Assembly: GCA_043228905.1 (NCBI GenBank)
Contig: JBHGNT010000014.1
Location: forward strand, 3,596,001 to 3,660,000
Direction: 5' to 3'
Origin: Azolla caroliniana
Lineage: Eukaryota; Plantae; Polypodiophyta
DNA: 64,000 nucleotides
Part shown: positions 10,676 to 21,422 of the stretch, piece by piece
Layout: each line of letters starts with the position of its first letter
Position numbering within the stretch: the first letter of the stretch is position 1
Program-made: the position numbers and the translations under genes
The notes under the pieces: model-generated
The model's database searches: none
The model's input: only the letters and a program-made list of their open reading frames with translations
What the model was told of the DNA's origin: nothing

Positions 10676-11131
10676 TGTCAGGAACGCTACCTAGGCGGAG
10701 AAGGAATTAGTACTAAAAGAAGGATTAGTACAATTGTTGAGAACAGTACTAAGACAGAGAAGGATTAGTACTATGAGAGGTGTAGAACGTTGAGAGAAGG
10801 AACGAGTGAGAGGGAGAGAGAGAGAGAGAGAGAGAGAATGATGATACGAAGGATATATGTATTGGGTGAAGGAAAATATACAATAACAGCTAGAAGGCTT
10901 AAGACTGGCGTTGAACCGATTTGGTTCGAACTAATGCCTTGCGCCTCCTTTTATAGTGTTTTCAGGAATACTCCTGAAGTTTCTAGAATGTTCCAGAGAA
11001 ATCTGGAATATACATCCATTTCCTAATAAAATATAAATGAAAATAATATACTTCGAATTACAATGTATAATATAACGGTAAAGACTCGACCCATGTAACA
11101 ACAGGTTATGGGTTCGAGTCTAGTTATGACA
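10676..11131 (-). repeat. Gypsy 5' LTR with TATA box (minus-strand TATAAAA, 10949-10955) and HSE array (10961-11008)
   Basis: Direct repeat of 5365-5820. Motifs read directly from the sequence. Confidence 0.93.
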
Positions 11132-11602
11132 GCTGATAGAAGATCAACCTCCGCATTTGTTTTCTCCCTCGGCAGCGGAGCAATATCCTGGAGTAGCAAG
11201 AAGCAGCCTATCGTCGCTCTTTCAAGTACGGAGGCAGAATATAGGGGCGCAGCCGTAGCCGCATGTGAAGCCGTATGGCTCAAGAGGATTTTGAAGGATC
11301 TGGGCGTACCCATCAAGGATCCGACTTCCCTTTACTGTGACAACATGAGCAGTATCTATCTGGCTCGGAACCCGGTGTTCCACGCGCAGACAAAGCACAT
11401 CGAAGTGCACTATCACTTCATCCGAGAGCGCGTTCTGGCTGGCGATGTCAACCTACAACACATTAGCACCAATCTTCAAACGGTTGACATCTTCACTAAA
11501 GCCTTAGGAGCCGACAAGCTATCGCAATTCATGACCGATCTCGGATTGACGATCCCTGACCTGCCAAGCTTGAGGGGGAGTACTGAAGACACTACGCAAT
11601 AA
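11132..11602 (+). pseudogene. Copia RNase H, C-terminal remainder
   Basis: ADRRSTS...SWSSKKQ..VALSSTEAEY...CDN...TKHIEVHYHF...DIFTK. Continues the DADWAGYKA sequence interrupted at 5364. Confidence 0.93.
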
Positions 11603-11846
11603 TGCATGGATTCCGCAACCACGCAACAAAGCCGCGAAGAAAGACGCAAGCCGAAGCACAGACTTCGCAACTACGCACGCAAGCCGAAGCACTGACTTCG
11701 TAACTACGCACAACGCAAGCTGGAGCACGGATTCCGAAACTCCGCATACATGCGAGTCGACACGAGTTGACGCGGACTCCAGAACGCGAGTTGAAGCGGA
11801 TTTCGGATACAGTCTGAAACCGACCCAACTTGAGCTTGAGGGGGCG

Positions 11847-12230
11847 TGTTGAGAATCAAGCTCAACTTGGTCTAGTGTGTGAACTCACCTTGAGAGTGAA
11901 GAGACACTCCAATGGTCAAGAGTCACCATTATGTGACCACTTTGTATTCTAGCATTTAGTATGAGTTATAGAATCATATTCTATGACACATAACTTATGA
12001 GCTTTCACATTCCCCATGCTCCATGAGGCTTGTAGTTAATGAAGAGAGAGGGTGACTACATAAAGCACCCTCCTCCCACCTTGTATAATGTTGAGTTTTT
12101 CTCCTTTGCTAATATACTTAACCTTGCGTATACTCTGTGTGTGTGTGTGTCTCTCTCTCTCATACACACACATACACACACAGTTCACACCTATTCCGCT
12201 TCTAAAGAATCCATCTCTTGATTCTTTACA
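11847..12230 (+). repeat. Copia 3' LTR, preceded by PPT GAGGGGGCG
   Basis: Direct repeat of 966-1351. Confidence 0.95.
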
Positions 12231-12235
12231 AGAAA

Positions 12236-12890
12236 GCAAGAGAGTGGTTCGCATATAATAGAAATAAGCATGGAGCTAGTGGGCATCCCTGTCGTACATA
12301 TTGGGATATTCGGAAAAAGGGGCCCCTTTCATCAGCCAGTGAAACGCAATTGTTGTCGTTCCATAAAGTCCTACAATGCCTTTGATCCATGTGTCTTGAA
12401 AGCCGAGTTTCCCCCTCACACTTTCTAGAAAGTTCCAGCATATAACCCTATCATATGCTTTCTCAAAATCTAGTAGCACCACTGCTACCTTGTTGTTGGT
12501 ATGCTTGGCAAGGGCTACCGCTTCCCAGAATGAGAAGTGGTTGTCTAGGATGCTCTGATTTCTAACGAACCCTGTCTAGGATGGATGAATGAGTTGAGGG
12601 AGAAGTGGTGTTAAACAACATGCCACGATTTTTGCGAGCAATTTATAGACAGTATTGAGAAGAGTTATGGGCCTCTACTTGCTAATGTCATTGGCACTCC
12701 CACCACTTTTAGGAATGAGATGTATTATCCCCTGGCCAAATTCCTTTGGCATGCTTCTAGAGGTGATGATCTCCTCATATGCCTGGAGGAGGTCTTCTTT
12801 AATAGTGTCCCAAAGGCATGTGAAAAAGTGCGGGGTGAGGTCGTTGATTCTGGGGCAACTATCGGCATCCAAATCCGAGAGGGCCTCCCA
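12236..12890 (-). mobile_element. L1-clade LINE RT N-terminal part (right arm of the split LINE)
   Basis: LLDFEKAYDRV, VRQGCPLAP, IHLIPK...RPITLLN. Confidence 0.85.
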
Positions 12891-13299
12891 TATCTCATAT
12901 ACCCTTTTAATATGTCAGACACTCGTATGTCTCACAAATCACACTATATGTTAAACATGCATAATGAAAGTGATATTTATCCTCTACTAGGTCTTCATCG
13001 CATATTATCATACTTTATTTTGATGTCATGATGTGACTTCAATACCTAGTTTATGTGATCAAATGTGAAGAAGTGTAAGGGCTCATCGAGACTTAAGATC
13101 CATGTTGATTATATAGTATGGTTCAATATGATTACTGGGCATTCTTATATTATATTCAATCCAACATTCACAATTGATGTTTGCATTGTGATATTCCAAT
13201 TTGGACTTTTTAAAATATTGACATCTCATCCTTTTAGTCTTTGCCAATAACCACATGTTGCATAACTTCGTATGAACGCTCTAAGAGGTCTTCTACACC

Positions 13300-16200
13300 T
13301 CATATTTTAAACCATGTTTTTATGTCAACCACCCAATCATATGAGAGAATTTGACCCTTATAATGTTTTTGGTGCCTACATTCAACATTCCAAGCAAAAT
13401 CTAGTAAAATTACGGTTTTGACATATTATTCTTTGTAATGCCAACATATTTTTATACTAAGCACATATTTCCAATAACATAACCTAGTAAATACCACTAG
13501 ATTTAACTTCACATTGTCTCCTCAAGAACACGTTCTAAATATTCTCAATCTCATTCCATATGTTTAGAAAAAAGGTGACGTGCCACACTTTCTATTGCAT
13601 AGAGTAAAACTTGGGTCACCAAGGCGTTAAATAACATTTAGCCTAACTTCTCATCCAAGGATGTCATTGTGGTTGCATTGATTCTCCAACATATAATAAC
13701 TTCTCCTAGTAGCTTAACTCTAGATTGAAAATATAAACTCCATATGTTTATGGCAAGTACATCAATATGAAGATATTTCAAACTTTGGACAAATTCAATG
13801 ATTCTTCATGATATGTAAACATGGGGTATTGATGAGGTTTCATAATACCCAATGCCCACTATCATTATTTTTGTTTTTCACACCTTAACAATTAGTGGAC
13901 ACTACTTAGAGAAAATGTTTCCAAAATTCCATGTAAGCATCAAATACCCTTTCACATTAGATGAAAAGATAACATCATCTATATATAAAAACAATAGTCT
14001 AAATTTTTTAATAAGTTTTTGATCATCTTATCTTTCTTCTCTTCTTTTTTTATAAAAGCTTTTCTTCAATAGTATTAAGAACAAAACGCCCGAAGGCTAC
14101 AACTTGAACCTAGCTACCAAGAAGGTTACAAGTTTCTTTATACAATGATATAAAATACGAGGATGTTTACATTTGTTGATATTCAAAGAGTCCATGGAAG
14201 TCGATATTGCCATTGAGGCTCTTGAGCTACCATTGTAAACAGGGGCACCTTTTTCCATAAGTGAAGAAGCTTTTTCCTTTTCTTGTTCACAGTATCTGGG
14301 GAACCCTACATATTGTCATACTGACCACGGACTACAACCAGCAAGTTCTCCCATAACTCAAACAACACATCTGAGAGATGAATGTCTACCCCATCATAAA
14401 GTCAGTTACATCGATATTTCCATAATACCCATAATGTTATTGTGGACACAATTTTCCAAATTTGGACAGATCACACCTGCTTTCGAGGTTGTTGGAAGGG
14501 ACTAACTAATATCAATCTTCTATTATGTATTGTCATTGCCTCATGAACATCGTTTGCCTCATACAACATTAAACCGGAGTGTAATACTCCCCACATCGTT
14601 GATCCCCATGAGAATAAGCAACCTACATTTATTGTTAGGAATAAAGACACGACTTTCTTCCATACTTGTTGAGCAAAAGAACAAGACCATAAGACATGCT
14701 TGGTAGTCTCTTGAGGTTCATCGCAAATGTCACATTGCCGCAAATTTGGTGTCACATTCCCTTTCAATGCATGACCAACTGGTGGAGCCATATGCACTAA
14801 TAACCATCGAAAGAGAATAAATCTAGTTGGCCCCTTGAATGACCATATCCATTTCCAATAGGTTCTCAAATGCAAAGTGGAAACACCCCAATTGGTCCAA
14901 TGTTTCTGAGTTGCTGGTATCTTTACATTCTGAGAGAGCAATAATGATCTTCCAAGTTTTACTGAGTACTGAAAAAAGGGGACCTTTACGATCTTTTCCC
15001 CCAAGGAGTGTGACCAAAGCCAACCCCTTGGATCCCATGTTAATCTTGCAACAGGATCTTTTGAATATAACCACATGATATCACACGTATGAGCAATTGA
15101 TGGATAAGGATCAAGGATCCATTTCTTTCCAGTTTTAACAACCACTCTAACTGGTGCACTTCGTAAATCCTATAGATAATTGCAATCAAAGGTATAAGAT
15201 TGCAATCTATTGTTGTCTAGGACCTAAAAATAAGACACGCGCCCATTAGGTGAAACACCCTTAACAGCCATCAATATATCATTTGTGAAGCATCCAAACC
15301 ATAGATGTTCCTACCTCGGTTGGAAGGTTGTTAAAAATGAAGAATATGTTACTGATAAGGTGGCCGTCATTATCTTGGCACCATGAACTGATTGTAGATG
15401 TACAAGTCGATCTTCTTGTGACATTTGTTGAAACTGAGTCCATGTTCTTACAGATGCAGCTGGCCCATTATCCAATTTACCCCAAGCAAGGTGAGGACGC
15501 AAGCCCAATACTTTTCCTGCATTATCCCGAAATAGAGAATTGGCAAGCATAGGTTGATTAAGTAATGCATCCCAAGTTTAAGGTTTGTCCTTTAGCAAAA
15601 ATGATTTAATTGCATCCCACGCTCTTATGATTCCTAGCAAAAATCTATTGGATGCAAGATTTCTCCTTGGTGTTTTCATGTCATTCAAGAAAAACCACTT
15701 TAAAGAGGGTGACCATACTCCTCCTGCCTTAGGAGTTAATTGCATTAACTGATTTTAAAACATTCCTTTCCAAGCTTCAGATCCTGGCAACAAACCTCTT
15801 ATAACAAACTTAGTCAAGAGAGCTCTTGATTGCATCAAAGGATCTATCAAACCCAACCCTCCATAAATTTTAGGTTGAATCAACACATTCCACGCAACTT
15901 TGGTTACTATAGGAGAGCCATGTTTTCCCCCCCAAAGGAAATTCCGGATCAAGCTTTTCACTTTTGTCATTGCTGATCTAGAAAATAGCCACACATATGC
16001 TATAAACCACATTGATGCCAATAGTATTGTATTTGCTACTACAACGCGACCCGCAAAAGACAATTGTTGGGCATCCCAATACAATAATTTACGTTTTATT
16101 GATAATAGCAACGGAGATAGCATTACTTTTGGCCTTAAATCTATTCCAACCATACATCCTAAATATCGAATTGGCTCACCACAATGAAGCCATCGGAAAG

Positions 16201-17649
16201 CATGACCTGGATACCACTCAGGATGATTTTCTACACCAACCCAAAGGCCAACTGACTTATTCCGGTTAAGTGATGCACCTGTAGCATCTGAGAAAACTTG
16301 CAAAGCATCAACATACAAGGTTGTATCATCTGCAAATTCAACATCTAGTACAATGGATTGTGTAATAGGTAATACTAATCCTTTGATACCAGTAGTTGAT
16401 GATCTTAGGTAGGAGGACAAAGCTTCCTCAAACAAGATAAAAAGAAATGGGGCAAGAGGGCATCCTTGCCTAACAGACCTGGATATAAGAAATAGTGTCA
16501 CGTATTCTCTAGTAAACAAAACAGAACTAGAAGCATGCCTGTAAAGGGATGAAACACCTTTTATCCATGTGGCTGGAAAACCTAATCTTGATAGCACTGC
16601 CTCAAGAAAGTCCCAATCCACTTTATCATATGCCTTTTCAAAGTCAAGCAATAATACTGCAAGTTGTTGTTTATGTTGCTGAGCTAGTGCAACCATTTCC
16701 CAAAACAAAAAGATATTATCAAAAATACTTCTATCTTGTAGGAAGCCACATTGTGTATCATGAATAATAGACAGCAATACAAGTCGTAGTCTAACTGCAA
16801 TAGTTTTTGCCACTATCTTATACACAACATTAAGTAATGTTATTGGCCGCCACTTCATCACATTGAGCATCCGATTTAGGAATCATATATATGATTCCTT
16901 CTGTCCATTCCTCAGGCATATTACCCGTTGAGAATATTAAATTAACTGCTCTAGTAATGAGAGAACCAATAAAATCCCAATAATGCAAATAAAAGCCAAT
17001 TCCTATTCCATCTTATCTTTCTTCTCTTGCAACCTTGTTCACTACAAATTTATCAATGCTTAGACCAAAGAGTCTAGGTGAGAGTGGATTGCTACACCCC
17101 CATGTTTCTTAGAAAGTATTTAAAAAATTCACGATTGGTTTTTAATTGGAATCTACCTTGCTCGTGCAAGTATGCAACTACTCTATGCTCAAATGAAATT
17201 CCAATCTCAACCATTCTATTCCAAAGCTCACTACTATTGGTACAGTATCAAAAGCTTGCTTGAAATCAACAAAACAACAATAGAGTGTCTTTCCTAGTAC
17301 TCAACTTTCCTCCATAAGTTACTCATAGCATAACCAAACAATCCACCATGGTGTATTTTGGTTGAAAGGTGGTTTCCCGAATGTTCACTTATTTTGTCTT
17401 TCAACTCATGCACTTATCATTCACTCCATGATAACAATATACAATTTAGCAATACTTAAGCTCGCCATGATTGTCCCATATTTGATACTTGATTTTGGCC
17501 TCTTGCTTTATAGATCGGTTTAATCAAACTCATGAGCCAATCATCTGGAAAACATTATTTAATGGCTTGATCCATAATAGTTGTGATCTAACAACAAATA
17601 TCTAACCGTATCCATTTTAAGAGCTCTCTTGTGATAGAAGTTACATTTG
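13300..17649 (-). mobile_element. Highly degenerate RTE-like LINE RT hosting the L1 and pogo insertions
   Basis: Remnants of the YxDD-like motif (about 13980), GCPLSP-like motif (about 17090) and CFVDF motif (about 17270). Boundaries are approximate. Confidence 0.55.
14044..17008 (-). mobile_element. 5'-truncated L1-clade LINE (RT plus C-terminal zinc-finger region)
   Basis: 20-bp TSD CATCTTATCTTTCTTCTCTT at 14024-14043 and 17009-17028. Short poly(A) (T run at about 14045-14051). ORFs 15755-16870 (WRPITLLN, QGCPLAP, FADD) and 14471-15145 (CDIC...H...C). Confidence 0.9.
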
Positions 17650-17929
17650 CAGTAAACATTCGGTTAAGTACGCACTTTGAACGCAAGGAAGAAGTGTGTA
17701 CTTAACCGAGCCGCGTACTTAGGGCTTTTTACACAATTTTTTTTCCCCAAATTTTGTTTTGTCTGCACATTTTAGAGAGCGTAGCCCCAACAACCACCGA
17801 TCAAACCCTGTTTGCTTCTTCATTGATCACGCGTAGCTGCATAGAATACTATTTCTTCACCTTATCTCTTCTCAACACACTATTTGTGCTCCTATCGTCT
17901 TCTCCGGGTACGTAGATTTTCTGTGCATT

Positions 17930-19075
17930 TCTAGGTTTTCTAAGACCGAGGGTTTAGGGAACTAAAAAATAATTGGCTATGGAAGAGTATGTGATGCATG
18001 TGTCTTGTTTTTATTGCTTAATCAGATTTCATACAGTGATTAAGTTCATAAATTGTGGGTTCCTTAGATCAAGGGTTTAGGGAATTCGAAAATTATTGAC
18101 TATGGAAGAGTAAACGATGTATTTGTCTTGTTTTAATTGTTGAATTGGAGTCCATATGGTGATTAGGTTCATAAATTATAGGTTTCTTAGATCGAGGTTT
18201 AGGGAAATGAAAAAGAATTGATTGTAGAAGAGTTTATAATGTATTCGTTTGGTTTTTATGGCCGAATTAGAGTCCATATATCAATTAGGTTTACAAATTA
18301 TGGGTGTCTTAGTCCATGGGTTTAGGGAATTCAAAGATTATTGACTGTGGAAGAGTATATGGTGTATTGGTCTTGTTTTTATGGCTGAATTAGACTCCAT
18401 ATGTCGATTAGGTTCACAAATGATGGGTTTCTTAGTCCGAGGGTTGAGGGAATCCGAAAATTATTGAATGTGAAAGAGTATGTGATGTATTTGTCTTGTT
18501 TTTATGGCTGAATTAGACTCCATATGTCGATTAGGTTCACAAATGATGGGTTTCTTAGTCTGAGGGTTGAGGGAATCCGAAAATTATTGAATGTGAAAGA
18601 GTATGTGATGTATTTGTCTTGTTTTTATGGCTGAATTAGACTCCATATGTCGATTAGGTTCACAAATGATGGGTTTCTTAGTCTGAGGGTTGAGGGAATC
18701 CGAAAATTATTGAATGTGAAAGAGTATGTGATGTATTTGTCTTGTTTTTATGGCTGAATTAGACTCCATATGTCGATTAGGTTCACAAATGATGGATTTC
18801 TTAGTCCGAGGGTTGAGGGAATCCGAAAATTATTGACTGTGGAAGAGTATGTGATGTATTTGTCTTGCTTTTATTGCTGAATTGAACTCTATATGGTGAT
18901 TAAGTTCATAAATTATGGGTTTCTTAGGTTGAATGTCTAGGGAATTTGAAAATGATTAATCGTAAAAGAGTATGTGATGTTATTGTCTGGTTTTTATGGC
19001 TGAATTAGAGTCCATATGTCGATTAGGTTCGCAAATATTGGGTTTCTTAGTTTGAGGGTTTGGGGGAATTAAAAA
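17930..19075. repeat. Tandem array of about 123-bp units (about 9 copies) inside the pogo element
   Basis: Register TGATGG at 18421, 18544, 18667 and 18790. Central copies are near-identical. Confidence 0.92.
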
Positions 19076-19123
19076 ACAATAGATAAGTCAATGTGAAATT
19101 AGCTAATTAGCTTTATTACAGAG

Positions 19124-20496
19124 ATGAATTCAACCCACAAGCGAGGTGTTGGACCTCGTTTGAATGATGAACAAAGGCTACAAATTTTGGAGATAGTGGA
19201 ACAACTATCAGCTCCTTCTCTTCGCAAAATTGGCAGAAAATTTGGTGTGAGTGAAGGTGCAATTAGAAGTTTGATCAAGAAGAAGGATGAGGTACGAATG
19301 TGTGTCCAATTAAAAGATCATAATACAAGGAAAACAACTTTTCGGGGATCTAAAGGGAAATATCCAGAATTAGAGGAGTGCTTGTATGCCTGGATTGATG
19401 CATCTCGTAGATTGTCGATTGCATTGCCTCCATCAGTTATTATGGAAAAGGCTCGACGACTGGCTACACAAATGAATATTTGTGATGATGATTTCAAAGC
19501 AACTTGGGGTCGTTTAGGAAATTTCGTCATCGCCAGTGTTTGAATACTATTAGTTTGTATGGCGAAGTAGGGGCAGTTGATCAAAATGACCCTCAATTGT
19601 TGGCTTCTTTGGAAAGGTTCTATGCTATAGTTAACGAGTATGATCCTCATTGTGTTTACAATATGGATGAAACAGGCTTGTTTTTTCGATTAGTTCAGAG
19701 ATACACAGTGCTTTTGCCTAGTGAAGATCCTACAACAATTCGGGGTAAGAAAAAATTGCTAGATAGAGTTACCTTAATTGTTTGTTGTAATGCGACTGGA
19801 ACTGAAAAAGTTCCTATTACAATGATTGGAAAGGTTAAGGAACCTTCTTGTATCGTTGGAAATTCTTGGCCATTACCTTATTTAGCACAAAAAAATGCTT
19901 GGATTGATATCCCTACTTTTAATAAGTGGTTTGATCATGTGTTTGTACCTTTTGTTCGTTCTCGAACTAATCGCAAAGTGCTTCTAATCCTTGATAATGC
20001 TCCTGGACATGCCGAAGCATTTGAGCGTGATGCTATCAAAGTGATTTTTTTCCCATCAAATGTCACATCATGGAAGCAACCAATGGATATGGGAATTATT
20101 GCAGCTTTGAAAAAGAGGTACAAATATCATTTGATAAGAGAAGTTTTGACATATCATGATAGTCCAGAAAATGTTAAGATTCGTTTGGAGGATGTAGCTA
20201 AACGAATGAGAAGAGGTTCTGTTGGTTTAGCTTTTGGAAAGTCGGCACATTTGCTAGATGCTACCAATCTCATTGTTATTGCTTGGAATGAGATCACACA
20301 AGAGACACTTTTTAATTGCTATAGAAAGGCAGATATTATTCCATCATTCCGTATTAATGATGTTGAAGTTGTTGAAATGGAAGATCAATGCCTTGATGAT
20401 CTTGTTGCTTTGTTATGTAACTGCAGTTTGATTGAAAATGCACATAATGTAGAAGAAATTCGAGAGGAAATCATGGAATACTTGAGTTCACCATGA
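19124..20496 (+). pseudogene. pogo transposase (HTH + CENP-B HTH + DD30D), frameshifted near 19510
   Basis: ORFs 19124-19543 and 19504-20496 with YPELEECLYAWI, YNMDETGL, LDNAPGH and QPMDMGII. Confidence 0.9.
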
Positions 20497-21053
20497 GTCC
20501 GGTATCAACAATATTTTGCAATACTTTAGGAATAATCACATTGTCTTCCTTTAAGCATCCATGCATATCTTGCATCTCAATAAACTCAGAATCTGAATCG
20601 TTTTCATCATCTGCAAGTGGTTCATTAGTGTTGGATGCTTTTGAATTATTGGAACATAGTTTCAATTTGGTTGAATGTATTTTTTTGCAAAACAATGTAA
20701 TTTTTTTGAACAGGATTTTGCCATCTATAAAAAACGTATTTAATAGAATGGAGTACTTAATTGGACACGTACTTAACCGAATGGTTACTGTATTGCTTTG
20801 ACAATAACCATCTTTTTAGTTCCTTTATAGACATCTCAAATATCCACACATATATTGTTAGGCCTTTCAATATTTACAACCAAATGGGAGAGAAAGAGAG
20901 AATTTAACAATATATATGGGGTGAAAGCCTATGTTAAGAAGGTGAACGACATTCCTATGTGGAATTTTTGGATGTTGGGGCATGCAAAGATCATTTGCTC
21001 AAATGTACATTCAAGTTTTCTAATGGCTTTACAAGATGTCCCTCTGCCTACAT

Positions 21054-21280
21054 CATAGTACGTAATATACTCGAATGCATTAGCAAACATTCTTTTTCAT
21101 ACAAATGCAAATGAATGTGTATGTTATCAAAACATTATTGTGTTTTTTTTACACTTTTTACCTTAAAAAAACTACCTTATAATAAATAATGAATATAAAA
21201 TTATGGTATTTACCATACTTCAAGGGTGTTTACCATACTCGAATGCAAATGTATGTATGGTACATATGGTTCATACTATG
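21054..21280. mobile_element. hAT-type MITE (same family as 56718-56980, opposite orientation)
   Basis: CATAGTA...TACTATG ends and an 8-bp TSD GCCTACAT/GCCTATAT. Confidence 0.8.
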
Positions 21281-21422
21281 GCCTATATAGCATGGAAGCA
21301 ATGGTCCAAATGGCAGACAACGAGATAGGCTCTGACATGTATCGATGTCTATGGTTTCCCCGTTTTGCGAAGAATACATTTGTAGTTAGGTGCAACATGT
21401 GTAGTATAAATCTTTCCTTCGA

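Larger units (their letters stand above)
5365..11131 (-). mobile_element. Intact Ty3/Gypsy chromovirus (Tcn1-like) nested in the Copia RNase H
   Basis: 456-bp LTRs at 5365-5820 and 10676-11131 with one visible mismatch. TSD GCTGA at 5360-5364 and 11132-11136. Intact gag and pol with a chromodomain. Confidence 0.97.
966..12230 (+). mobile_element. Full-length Ty1/Copia LTR retrotransposon (decayed, with nested Gypsy)
   Basis: TG...CA LTRs at 966-1351 and 11847-12230. 5-bp TSD AGAAA at 961-965 and 12231-12235. PBS and PPT present. Domain order gag-PR-IN-RT-RH. Confidence 0.97.
17650..20790 (+). mobile_element. pogo/Tigger-like Tc1/mariner DNA transposon
   Basis: 23-bp TIRs CAGTAA(A/C)CATTCGGTTAAGTACG with one mismatch. 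TA at the right flank and TG at the left. Transposase remnant inside. Confidence 0.92.

Noticed and set aside
17930-19075. 123-bp array as a CRISPR-like locus or telomere
   Set aside because: Whole units are repeated without spacers. TTTAGGG occurs at most once per unit, not as a tandem telomeric tract.
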